From assembly GCA_048013815.1 (NCBI GenBank), contig CM106585.1:23436001-23500000 (forward strand): a stretch of DNA of 64,000 bases, read 5' to 3'. The DNA comes from Setoptus koraiensis (Eukaryota > Animalia > Arthropoda). This document shows, in pieces, positions 38,901 through 52,212 of the stretch (within the stretch, counting starts at the first letter, position 1; every line of letters starts with the position of its first letter). The notes under the pieces are model-generated. The model made no database searches, was not told the DNA's origin, and worked only from the letters and a program-made list of their open reading frames with translations. A program made the position numbers and the translations under genes.

Positions 38901-41900
38901 CGTGTATAAATTGTGTAGACGCTCGCAACACAATTTATATATTATATAATATAGAATATATAATATATATTGTGTCTGGCGAGCAGTGGGTTAAATCGTG
39001 CTTGCACTTTTATTTCAACCTTGACTTGGCTTCCATTCGGCTTCTTACATGCATAATCTATGGCTGCGGCCCCAGTCTGATATATCATTGTTAGATAACA
39101 ACGAGGCCAAATGTCAACTGCAACACGACAATCGTTGTGACTCTAATTTGATCGGTTCGCTGGCCCCTGCATAAAAGTGCCTGGCAGCCTCTGTGCCTCA
39201 CACAGACTCAAATCAGACTGACAACGAGCCAGCTTCGACTTTAACTGACTCGCTCAGCAGTCAGACTGTCTGAGTTGGCCCCACTCAAAATGCCAAGACA
39301 AAAGTTGCATTGACAAGTTGATCAACGTGATTTGCAATGCAAACGGTCAAAAACGTATTAATCTTATTGCTGCCGTTTATTATGAGATTACACAAGTGGC
39401 TACGTTATTATCCTGTTGCCGTTTCACTGTTTGAGTCGCCTCTGGCGCGACCTATAAAACAGCACTGAAATCTCTCGAGCGATGATTGAATTGCGTCATG
39501 CATATCGGAATTTCGAAGCGCATATCATGCGAGCGATATCATCTATGTTGGATATGGCTGGATGTGGCTGAATATTGCCGGATATTGCTGATATAGTTAG
39601 ACAGCTGATACTGGCCGGGATATGGCGGCGTGATATATGGCAGCGCGATGCACGGCGCGATGTATGGGGCGATATATGGGGCGATATTGGAGAGGGCAAT
39701 TTGTAGAAAAGTGATACACACAATGGCGGCTTCGCAATGAAGGGGCGACGCAAGAATTGAGCGAGAATCGCGCCCATGTCTGGGCATGGCCGGCGAAGAA
39801 GCCATGCATAAACTATCGTTTGTTTTCGTGTTGAGCCAAATCTAATCAATTGCGAGCCAGCGGCCATGCGACGCGCCATCCACCGGCCGCTCATGCAACG
39901 CGGCCCCTTGATTACATAAGATTTGATCTTGCAATCAAACGCTGTTGTGTAATCAAATGAAAACAAATCAAAGACAATCAGGCCAAATCAAATCAGCGCC
40001 AGCAATATCCGATTGGGAACGGCTGGCCGAGCCAGAAAAAGTTGGCCCAAAAAAGTTGACTGAATGACCGAATGAGAGAGCGAGAGAGAGAGAGCGGGAG
40101 AGAGAGCGGGAGAGAGCAATCTCACCGTTCAAGAGCCACTACACAATTGCTCGCCTATTGCTCTGGGGCTAAATCCGCGCGAGGCACTTGAGTAGCTTAT
40201 TGCAAATTATGTCACTTGCCAGCCAGACAATTGTGCATGCATTGGTTGCAGGGGCAATCAATTTGTTTCGGTCTTGATTGTGGCAACGGAGTCGGGTGTT
40301 GCTCATGCTGATTAGCTGTGATTAGCTGCTGATTGTGTCTTGCCACAACCGGCAAACGACCGGCTGCCGAAAGCGGTCACCGAAAGCGGCTACCGACTCG
40401 GTACTACCGACAGCGGCTACCGAGAGCGACTGACAAAAGCGCCTACGTGATTCGCCGTGGACACAATTGGGGCCAGATTGTTCAAAGTAAATGAATTTCG
40501 CCAGAACGTGTGGGCCCCACGCTCGCACCCATTGGAGATGTGCGGTGTGAGGGCTTGTTTAGTTTGTGCAACATTAGTCGTTTCTTTTATGCTTGCCACA
40601 AACACACACACACACACACGCACACGCACACGCACATCGCTGGCCAGCATTTTTGCATTGGCGAGCTTGCCAAACGTGGCATCTAATCTGCATATTGCAC
40701 AATAAATACCATGCCATATTTGCCAGATGTGTTATATCTGCTATGTCCGCTATATCTGTTATATTTGCGCATTAATGCATCCACCAACATCAAGCTTAGT
40801 GGCATAATAGTGGCACGATAGTGCTACCACTACCATGCTCGGCCCCAAATGGGCCCAATCGGCTCCAGTTGGGCTCCACTCGGCGAGCTTGCACGCTGAT
40901 TAATGGCGCACCCATCGCTGTCTTGATTGGTTGTCCGCAAATATCAATTATTGTTGCCATTGGGCGCTGCCAAGCTGGCTAGCTGGTCAGCTTGGCAGCT
41001 CGCCCAAGCACGGAAATGGCACATAACGCGGCCAACATAGTGTAGCCAAGTGAGAGCCAATGTTGTATTGATTTGTCTTGTTTTATTCTGGCGCTTCCAT
41101 TCACTAATTGATGCGCTTGCTCAATGTGCGCTGCTGCCACATCGCTTCTTTGGCGAGCTAGCTGTGGCTTGCGTAACTCGGACCAGGCGCATTCATGAAT
41201 CATAATGCAGGCCGAATTATGTTGTTCGTATGTATTTATAACAACAAGTTCACTAGAAGTGTCGCCTCGATGATTGTGTCGCGCTCGTGCAGCCACGGGC
41301 ACAAATAATTGGGCCGTAACAACAAGCGAGCTAACTAACATGTAGCTGATCCTTCGAAATGAATGCCACATCATACTCGACTCATATAAACCGTGATATA
41401 AGCAGCAACGCCTGGCAAGCCAGCCAGACAGCCAGACAGCATGATCAGCTGACAATGATCATATTAATGGTGATCATAATAACAACAACAACAACAATGG
41501 CCATTAGGCGCACAGTGTTGTTGTGGCAAGCCGAGTGGATGGCGTGCATGAAAATGGTTAGTTTGGCAAGTAGAAAGTGTCATGTGTCAAACATCAAGTG
41601 TCAATGTCAAGTGTCATACTCGCGAGTGGCCTCACTATTGCGGCGCCACCGAGCGAGCAACTCTTGTCATTAGAGCACACACACACACACACACACTAAC
41701 AGTGCTAATGCAACAATTATCGCATCATTGAATAATTTGTTATAGGGGCCCCTGGCCCATATGACTCATGTGATATGAGTAATGGCCCCTGGGCGCATTT
41801 TGCACTCGCTCACGACAGCGGTGAGAGCTCATGTGAGCCCATGAGACTGACATGATGCGAGTGATAAACTCCGTTGCAAACAAATTGTCATTTGTGCGAT

Positions 41901-43319
41901 ATCATTTGCGCGCCGACAAGATTCGTGGCACGCTCACTTACAAAGCTTATTTACAATGATAAGACATTAGCTGCTAAGTAGTTAAAATAACAACAATATC
42001 CATTTGTGATGAACGCAAACAATTGAGTCGAGCAACACGGCCCGACGTTCACGCTTGTGTGGCAAAATTGTCCGACAAAATTGTGAGGCGAAATTGTGTG
42101 AAAAAACTTTTGTAACAAAAGGAAACGGAAAAAAGCAGGCAACAAAGCAAATTGGACAGTAACAGCAACAGCCAGCCAATGCAACTTGCATAATGCAAGT
42201 GTCTATGGCCGGACTTTTTATCGCACTCGAATAGGAGTTGACCTATATACACACACGGGCGCATATATCACAAAAAGCATCTGCTGTTTACTAACTAGCG
42301 ATAAAATGCTGCTGCCATTGCTTGCTGCAGTCATTCATTGGCTGCCCCTCAGTGAAATAGTGCCAGGTATTGGATAACAACAACTTGCCTGGGCATGCCA
42401 TGCAAGAAGTATGCCAAAAAGAAGCTGTTGTGTTTCTTGGCAAACTATCATTATGTAAATGGCGCTCTGTTCGCTAGGCTGACTTACAAAAGAAGAACGC
42501 AGCCAACAACAGCAACAACAACAGCAACAGAAACGAGCCCGATAGAGTGAATAGAAGTAGAAATAAGAGCAAAAATTTAGAAGTTATCGATCGAGAGGCT
42601 GCCTGCCTATTAACCGCTGGCATGGCGAGCAAACTGCAAGCGAGCCCAAGCAGCCAGAAGAAATATCTGGCCGGCTTATCTGGCCTTATCTGGCTGGCAC
42701 TATCCGCTATCTGGGCTATCGCTGAGCATGAGTTTGGCATAGTGAATATTTGGCTCACTTGGGCTGGCATTGGGGCCCGTTGGTTGTGTTGCGCACAAAA
42801 CGAACAAAGTTTGAATATATAACTTTATAAAATATCAAACATAACGGCACACAAAGAAGTAAGAACAAACAGACCGTATGTGTATGGTGAGTGGCCAATA
42901 TTGCCCATTGGCCGCTGCATATTACGTAATGCGTAATATACATGTGCAATGTAAAGCGAGCCAGCGGCAAAGTTGCTGCCATTGCCGCTGCCACTGGCGC
43001 TGCATCAATATTGCACTAACCATGCACATCCTTATATCCGTATATCCATACATCCGTATACATCCATATATCAATTGGCCGAATGCTCAATATTGGCCAT
43101 GAATATGGGCCGGCCAATATTGGCGGGCTTCACGTAATTGCGTCATCATCATGATCGGTTACTTCAGTAACGGGGGGCCCCGTTCGCTAGCATGCCCGCT
43201 ATGCCCGCTACGCCCGCTACGCCCGCTATGCCTGCTATGGCTGCTGGGATGAATGGGGTGAATGGGGTGAATGGGGCGAATGGGGCCCCGACACTAAGTC
43301 GATATGATTGCTGCTGAGC

Positions 43320-43357
<38 letters not shown>

Positions 43358-43826
43358 GTTCATTGATGGTTGCGCCAAGATAAGAGTCAGCGTGATCATC
43401 CATCACGCATGTAATTGGACTCTGTCAATTGGTTCGCGCTTCGCCACGGCCAATATGGCCCCGCTGCAACTATCCATATGGCACTGTGGTCGTGAAAACA
43501 AAACATTGTCTTGATGAAGTAGTGGTGAGTCAACACTGGCCAGATACGCTGGCCACTATTAATGTTAATTATTTTACAATATAATCGTCTTCTAACTCCC
43601 AATGGGAGACTCCCTTGCCCCAAACGGCACTGCAATGATTACAGTGTGATGATGACACCGACACAAACAGAGAGATAAACACTCATGATACTGTCAGTGA
43701 TCAGAAGAAATTATCAGTGATAATGCATGTACACATAAATATGTATTACCAGCTCACCAGCTCGCCAGATGATCGCGAACCGGCCATAATTGATCCGGTT
43801 ATAATTCATTTCAACAGCATCCACTC

Positions 43827-43893
43827 ACTCAGTTCAGCCAGCCCGAACTCAGTTCAGCCAGCCCGAACTCAGTTCAGCCAGCCTGAACTCAGT
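43827..43893. repeat. 20-bp tandem repeat x3.3 (ACTCAGTTCAGCCAGCCCGA)
   Basis: Two exact copies, a third with one substitution, then a partial copy. Confidence 0.93.
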
Positions 43894-46433
43894 GGCAAGA
43901 TGATTGGCCCCTTTGCAACGCACCATTAGCGCCTGATCCCCTGCTGTCTAATGTCGTGATTGTCGTTGCTGTTGTCGTTGCTGTTGGTGCTGTTATCGAT
44001 GTTGTTGTCGGTGTTGTTGCTGTCGTTGACCACATTGCAATGCTCGCTTGCATGTACCGGCCACTTGAGTCACTTGAGGCTTATTAACGGATATTCGAGG
44101 AGGCCAGATTAATCAAAGATTGGCCCTCTTACTGGTCGCCCAATAAAACATTGTGTGCACCCCATGAAAGCAAGTGCAACAGAGGACACCAAACATTTGC
44201 TGCAACAATAAAAGAAGGGCGCCAGCATGAATATCATGCATGCTAATCCACGGTAATACCCATGCCAGCAACAGCAACAACAACAGCAACAACAACAACA
44301 ACAATAACATTACCATTACATATATATGGTATAAGTGCATGGGGGTGCCTCACTGAGCCAATTCAATATTCAATATTCAGTTGCACACACACACAATCAC
44401 TTCAAGCGTGCCTCTATTTTTTAATCAAAGCCTCCATGGACGAGATTAAATTAACTTTGGCGCACGCCACTCTGTTCCCAGATATAGAAGGCGGATAAAA
44501 AGTGGATAAAAAGCGACATATTGCACATAATGGCACACTGTCTGTATCACTGTTTGTGTGTATCACACAAATATTGTGTCACCAATATCAAGCTGCTACT
44601 AACAAATCAAAAAATGTAGCCACAATTGATGTATAACAATTGCTCACATTCTTGTGAGAGCGTTTGTGTGTTTGTTTTTCTCTCTTTTTATAATTGAAAT
44701 TTCGCCCAAATTCTGCTCGTTAGGCGCCACTTGTCTCAAAAAGCGCGCAAGACAACAACAATAGCAACTGTCATTCGTTACACAATGACTGGCGCCACAA
44801 CAACAACCACGACAGCAACAACAGCAACTACACCAACAACTGTCCAGCATTCAGCCGACCAAAATTGTTTAAACAGTGAAGTTTATGTGACTGCATAAAC
44901 TGCATTTGCGCCCGGAGAGAAACAGCGCCGAATTCATGAGCGGCATTTTTTGTTGTTGAAACCGGATGGAGACACAAGATTTTAGTTGTGACAAGTGAAA
45001 AAAGCGCGCGGTTAACCAAAAATCCGTTCATGGGGCCCATGACTTATGGCCAAAAAATGTCGCAATGTGTTGTGGCGGGCCGGATGGGCCAAGTTGCACT
45101 CTAACCGTTAGAGTCTAACGAGTGACTTTGTGTCAGTGAGGCGTATCAAGCCGGCTCTGTGCGCCATGGCTATCTATCCGAAGCTGTCTAGAGATAGTTA
45201 GACAAGTTTTGGGACGATGCGACCAGCAAAATGCGTACAATTGATTGCTCCAAAAATCGCCATGTAAAGTGGTTTCGGTTGTTGCGGAACTACAGCACTT
45301 GCAGCAAGCCGGCGACCACTGGCGGCCAGCCCGCTCATAACTAAATACTGAATACTGAATGCCGAATAGCGAATAGCGAATAGTGAGTGTGGTGCTGTTT
45401 GGGTGCACTCTTTTTTGCCTATTGATAGATCAAAATCTGGCCAATATCCATTCGAAATTCGCTCTTTGGTATGTTGCCAATATACATACATGTATATCAA
45501 GCCAGCGAGCAGCTTATGCGGTTGTGCCGATGATGTAACGCGTGCAGTGGGCATTTCGTTTGCGGCTTTCATATCAACTGTGCGAGGCCAGCTAGCTAAT
45601 AGTTTTTAAACGGCGATAGTGCCCCCCCCCCCTGAAACCATTGAAACTATTGCAACATTAGTCTGCTGCTGCTGTTGTCGTTGTTGGTGTCGCCTTGCTG
45701 GCATAAATGATACAAGAGAGGGGAGAGAGCACACACAGGTATTATTGTTATGTAACATGACAGCCAATGATTCTCGACAGGCGCGCTCGCTTAAGAGTGC
45801 ATGTCAATGTCAGTGTAGCGGTGTCAGCTAAGCTTCACTGGGGCCCGCCAATGTCGCCGCAACGGCGTGATCGCTTGCGCGTCGCAACAACCCCAAATAC
45901 GGTATTTGAAATACCCCTGCAACAATGATCCAAATCCGCCAGCGCCAGCTACACTGGCTGGCTAGTGGGATTTGGCGGCTTGGCTGCGTATGAGATGATA
46001 GCTGCATACAAGGCGCCACCTATAAAGTACATAGTACAAACTGGCTTTGCATCGATGGTAAGCTTGCCATGGCAATACCTCGTTTGAGAACGGGGGGCCG
46101 GGGGCGGGAGGGGCAATTTAATGCGGCCTAGCCAAAAATGGCATGGCGCGAAAGTGGAAATTTGCTGGCAACTGGCCGGTGCAAAATTGAGAGTGAATTG
46201 CAGCGAAAATGAACTAGTCGTATAAATATCCATTGATTAGCTGTGTGTAACTGTGGCACCATCAGTTTGCATTGGGCCCCGCCGTAGCTGATCTGATGTG
46301 TTCACGTTGAGCACATTTAGCACATCGAAACTAACGATGATCCGACTGGATAGATTACCAGTGGACACACGCAACTCAGGTGATGGCCATGATAGCGTTG
46401 TTTGCAATATTCATTTAGTAACGCTGGCCAAGT

Positions 46434-46500
<67 letters not shown>

Positions 46501-48362
46501 ACAGGCGGGCAAACAATGGACAACAATTAGAGGTGATTAGGTGGCGCCAGTTGACGTGTTATCACGAAGCTTATGCATAATTTATGTAGGCTCATTGGTG
46601 CCGGCGTTGATCGCATATCATCATCTAATCTAAACTGATCATATCTGTTTTGGTGAAAGGCCCAATATCAAAAGCTTGCAGCTTGTGCCGTTGTAAAATG
46701 TAGCGACCCAAGCGACCGTTACATGGCGCAATTTTGACGAGTAAATCGCACTGAACGCGTACGTTGCATTACGTAATGTTCATGTGAGGCCAGAGCGGGC
46801 TGATTGAGGTCGCTTTGCAGCGAGTTGCAGCGAGAGCAAATGAGCGGAGACAATGAACGACAGAGCGACAGACTCAGACAAGATCGATGACGGTATTGGT
46901 AAGTAATGGGCGAAATTAATGAATGCAACAGACGCCACACGGGGGGCAAGATCGCAATCTATTAGAATCTTCATTATCTGGCCGGGCAGTGCATATAAAT
47001 TATAAAATACAAAATCGTCAGCATTTAATTTTGATTCTTATCTGCTTTCAACGGCATGACAAGCGTCAACTCGCTACGACCGTATTGCACAACTATGAGA
47101 GTAAACACACATTATGTAACACACTCACCTAAATATAATATATTATATAATATAATATAATATTATATGTTGGTTGATTATATTATATACAGTGTGGCGA
47201 ACAATGCCGAGCGAGCTGGCATCATCAGGCTGCAAAGATGCCCAATTTGAAGGGAATGGGCAGCACCAGTTTGCACCCATTGAGCGACACCCATTTAGTT
47301 GGTTGAAATTGGTGCAAGTGAATGCAATTTGGCCCGCATTGCTGAGCTGGCTCGGCTAATAGCACTGGCCGGTAATGTCCAGAACGACTTGCACAATGTA
47401 AACAATGGACAAGCAACAACAGCAACAACAATGCCAGCTCAACGTCTATAGAGCAATATGGCAGCGTAAATGATGCTCGCAACTTTAAATAAAACACAAC
47501 CGAGGCCCAGTTGGTAATTAGCGAAACGCAACGCTACACATTGAGCAGCCCATTGATAATAACGGAACACGGCGTTGTTTGCAAGCAACCGCGACAGCGA
47601 CAACAACGACAGCACAATGCTGCACAATGATGCTCGCAACTCAGACCAACCAACTGTGTCAACTCGTTGGGGCCCCAAACTAAACTGGCCAGGCACAATA
47701 ATCAACTGTGCTATTGTGTCTGGCAAGCAAGTTTATCTTGTAGCAGACAGTTTATCTTGGAGCAATACATACATATGCCGGCGACAAGCTTGCACAAGCA
47801 GCAGAGAGAGAGAGTGTTTTCATTGGTTGTTGTAAATGTCATTGGGTTGCTTGGTGGCTTGCGGATAGTTGAGGCCATATGATTATCGTCATAGGACGAG
47901 CAAACGGAATTTAGTTTGCACAATATAATGTTTCCATTGGCACCGACATTATAAACATTATTATATGACTATTGTCAATGAGTAGCCGCTGCTGGCGCTG
48001 TTGCTGTTGCATCAATACAATACTACTAACTAATGGGGCCCGATGACAATAGCCAGAGTGTTGGCTACTGTGTTGGCTGCCCAGTGGACAGTCGGTCGGT
48101 TGCTCGGTCGCTCGCCCGGTCGGTGTCCAATGAATAGCCAGTGCAGAATAGTGGCCAATTTAGGGTGGCTAGGCTGTTAGATAGTTGGTGGGTCCGTTAT
48201 TGTCAGCGCCACTATCTATGCCAATGAATCGAGCGCCGGCGTATACAATAACATAGACAACAACAACATCAGTGGCCTGATTATTATGGTGATTGCTTTA
48301 TCTTTGTGTGTGTCGGCCGTTGTCCCGTTGCTCGTATAGTTGCTCGTATAGTGGCTCACACA

Positions 48363-48426
48363 GTCACTCGCATGGTCACTCGCATGGTCACTCGCATGGT
48401 CACTCGCATGGTCACTCGTATGGTCA
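48363..48426. repeat. 12-bp tandem repeat x5 (GTCACTCGCATG)
   Basis: Four exact copies plus one variant. Confidence 0.93.
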
Positions 48427-50385
48427 GTGGCACAGTTACCCGTTGTGGGCGCCGGTCGATGGTCAGTTGGCTATGGCCACTCTATTGTAACTATTCGCAT
48501 AGGTAACAGTAAACTCTGGCGAGTAGAGTAACAGTGATAAAATACTTCTGGCCCTATATAACCCTATTTGGCCATGTCATTGGCTCTCTCTGCCTGTGTC
48601 CCTGTCTCACTGTCTCACTGTCCATATGTCGCCCATTGTGAATAACAGTGTGCCAACAGTCTGACCATGATGAATGTCCATGAACCAGCTCGTCTATGGA
48701 CGACATTCAATTGCAATTGTGCATTGCGTAACCAATTACAGCAGCAACAAGCCACGTCTATATTGGCTGCACTTGCAAATGATTGAGTTGGTGCCCGTTT
48801 TTGTCTGTCTGTCTGTTTGTTTGTTTGCTTGTTTGCTTGTTTGTTTGTGCTGGTGCCACTCACCCAAAACAAAATATCAAGACGACAACGCCAAAAATGA
48901 CCACTAAAATAATAATACATGTTGTGTCACCTAATAATACCAGCACCATACTAATCACGGGGCCAGCAGCAACAGGACACAACAGTTGACTTACCGGGCC
49001 AATCGCCAGTTGATCACGCTGGCGTTGTCGCACAACACACCGCTGCCATATACGCTGTATATACACTGTATGATATACACCAATACCGGTATTCCAATCA
49101 TTTAGTTGACTGTCGGCTGTCAACTGTCAGCAAGCTGCGAAACAGTTGGCAGTTGCCAGTTGGCCTCACCCTGCCAATAATTCACTTCTACCTGTGTCAT
49201 CATGATGTCTCGCCAATCAGCTGGCTTGTTAACGGAATTTGTTATGTCATTAACAGTGCCGGGCAGCACGTAACAGTAACTGTGTAATCAGTGAGTGCGC
49301 TAAACAAACGACTCCATTCCATTGGCAATTGTGAGCATTGCCAGCATTGATAGATAAACCGTTACTGCAACCACAGATATACCCTAGCTACTGCTGTGCA
49401 GATCGATGGGTGCCAGCACACACACACACATAGAAATCACCACAATCAACAAACAAATGAAAGGAAAAGAAAAGAAAAGAAACGATACGAAACGAAACGA
49501 AAAAAAGAGAAACAAAGGGTTGGAATGTGGAAATGAGGCACACAACAATTGCAATGATAACAGTGGCAATGCATAGATTTGCGTCACTCGCGGACATTCG
49601 GCCAGCCAATTGCATGTCAGTGGTTGCCCATTGGGTGTCGTCGCATCTTTCTCTTCGATTATTCGCCTCACTTTCGGGCAAGCTAACAGCACTCAGAACA
49701 TGTGTCGAAAAGGCAGGTTTGGCGCAACTATTGGCATAATATAACTTGGCATTATATAACTTGTTTGCGTAGGGCAAACTTGTGGCACCTTGAATAGACA
49801 GTGTTGCGTTTCATGACGGTACGCATAAGGTATGCACGGCTAATATGACATCATTGACCGGTGCGAGGGTGCAAGGTTGTCAGAGTACGAGGGTGCGAGG
49901 GTGCGAGGGCGCAAAAATTGATTTACTTTCATCAGCTGATTGGGCTCAAATTGGGCTTGTTAATGCGTGTGTTGGTTGTGTATGAAACATAAAAAGCAGC
50001 ATGAATGATTAACACAGCATGACAGAAACAAAAACACAAATGACACATCGAAATCAGTGCAGCTACTAGTTTTGAATTAATGCAAACACGTTGCTTGCAA
50101 ACATTGCAACGGGGGCGCCCCAAACAGTTAGTATTGAGTGTGTGCATAGACAAACATGAATAAATAAATAAATAACGAGAGCGACAACGACAACGAGAAG
50201 GAGAGAAGAGGCGAATAAAGTAAGAAAAAACATTTACGCAATGGCGTTGATTATCATACACAGAATTGCGTCAGTTATATAGTGTTGCCGTTATATAGAC
50301 AGCGAGTGGCCTTAATTATTGTTTGTAGCCTGTATAATGCAAGCCGCATTGTTGCCTGTTACATCATTATATTGTTGATGACGAC

Positions 50386-50386
<1 letters not shown>

Positions 50387-50437
<51 letters not shown>
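50387..50437. repeat. (AC)n microsatellite, ~25 units
   Basis: Directly visible. Confidence 0.97.
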
Positions 50438-50440
<3 letters not shown>

Positions 50441-50759
50441 TGGCACCATTGGCACTCTCTAATTGTTTGTCTCGTGCAATGGCACCGCTTTCGTCTTTTT
50501 TTTTCTCTCTCTCTCTCTCTCGTCTCCATCTCGCCAGCGACAGCTAGCGTCTAAGCAGCTCGCTTGAGAGTCTGGTTAGTGGCTCGAGAGTTTGGTTAGA
50601 CGAGCAGTTGCTGGTTAGACGCTAGTTGTCAGAGCGAAAAAACGCGCAGTTTAAATTGATTTGTGCAGTGCAGTCGAGATTTGTGAGCGTGTTTGTGAGC
50701 TGAAGAAACGACAACAGTAACAGTAACAACAATGACATTGTCGTCGTCGTCGTTGTTGC

Positions 50760-50876
50760 CGCCGACGACAACAGCATTCGCCGACAACAACAGCGTTCGC
50801 CGACAACAACAACGCCATTCGGCAACAACGACAGCATTTGGCAACAACGACAGCATTTGGCAACAACGACAGCATT
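50760..50876. repeat. ~19-bp imperfect tandem repeat x6
   Basis: Units drift from CGCCGACGACAACAGCATT to TGGCAACAACGACAGCATT. Confidence 0.88.
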
Positions 50877-52212
50877 GAAAGCACACTCTCAAGGCGACAC
50901 CATCCAGGCTGTTTGGTATCATTAAGTTGGTCGCCAAAAAGAGGCCCACAGAGGCCTGTGTGGCATGATTGCATAACGATGCAACCAGCTAACCAGCCAG
51001 CCAGCCAGCCAGTATCTGGTGACGCGAGAGCCGGCCACACTAACGGGCCTCGAAATGGGCCCAAGTGTGTGCTTCTTTATTCTTTTTAAAGCTCCACTAA
51101 CCAGCCGTTGCTCACAATTCTGGCCTCTAAGTGGCGTCTAATGGGCACCCATTGGGCGCCCCACTCTAGCCAGCCAGCCGAGCCAGCATTCGGCTTGGCT
51201 GGCTGCGCTGAGATAAAGGGCGAGGGGCGAGCAGCAAAGTTCACGCTTATATCACTCTTTGGCATCACTCTAACAGTTACAGTACAAATGTTAGAGTCTA
51301 ACATCACTCTAACACCGCCCTCGCTCTTACACAAGATCAAGTAAATGGATCAAAAATCAACCAGACACTTGTCGGCGCGAACATATCTTGTGTGTGTGTG
51401 TGTGTTGTTTCGTTACTGGCAACCAGCACTTTGCCGGCGACCACGATTCGGCCCATTGGCGCCCAGTTGCCCGGCTGCTCTGTTGGCGGTGTTGGCTGTT
51501 CTCGTCTGTTTATACATTATATCTTACAGGCTCACAAGTTGGGAGCACAGAGGCATGAAAATACCGAGAGACACAATGAAACGCGATGAGATGAGAAGGG
51601 ATGAGACGGGGTGAGACGAGATGGGATGGGATGAGATGAGATGTAAGAGATGAGATGAGATGAAACGAGACGAAACGAAACGAAACGAAACAATTTCATT
51701 TCAGTTTAGTTTGGCTTGGCTGGCTGGCTTGCTTGCTTGGGTTTAAATTAGATGACTTGTCCACTTATATCAAGTCGCGTCTAAATAAAATAGTGTTAGC
51801 CCAAAAAAGAGCCCCTGCCCGCTCGTCTGCAAGTGGCGCCCCGTGCAGCGCCAACAAATGCGCGCGAGCCTGCCAAATCCATAAAATCATTTGTATGGAA
51901 TAGAGAGGAAATTGATTATAGTGAGTCAGTTAACAGTATCTATTCTTGTCAACATTCAGCCGTTGGCCTACATCTCGTGGCTGGCCCAGCCGTATTTTAA
52001 CGCCAACCAATGGCCGTCCTAGGAAGCTCCTGCGAGAGCCACCAGTTTGCAACAACCAACCAACAATTGAAAACATTGAACCATGTCTGACCAACACGAT
52101 CACCTGCTCGTCGTCTCACCAACAGCTAAACGAATCGCATCAAATTAGGCTAAATTTTCTCAAGTGAACATCGTGTTGGCTGCTTTTCCAAGGGAAAACA
52201 CCCAGCGATTTT

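Larger units (their letters stand above)
21800..52200. other. ~30 kb region without a recognisable protein-coding gene, rich in micro/minisatellites
   Basis: All track ORFs here are short and mostly read through (CA)n/(CAA)n or short tandem repeats. No known domain recognised. Composition is visibly more G+C-rich than the flanking gene-dense blocks. Confidence 0.7.

Noticed and set aside
21770-52167. The many 60-200 aa track ORFs in the desert (poly-HT, poly-CV, poly-L/Q etc.)
   Set aside because: They are translations of (CA)n, (CAA)n and short tandem repeats, which lack stops in several frames, and they often start at TTG/GTG, which is not a normal eukaryotic start.
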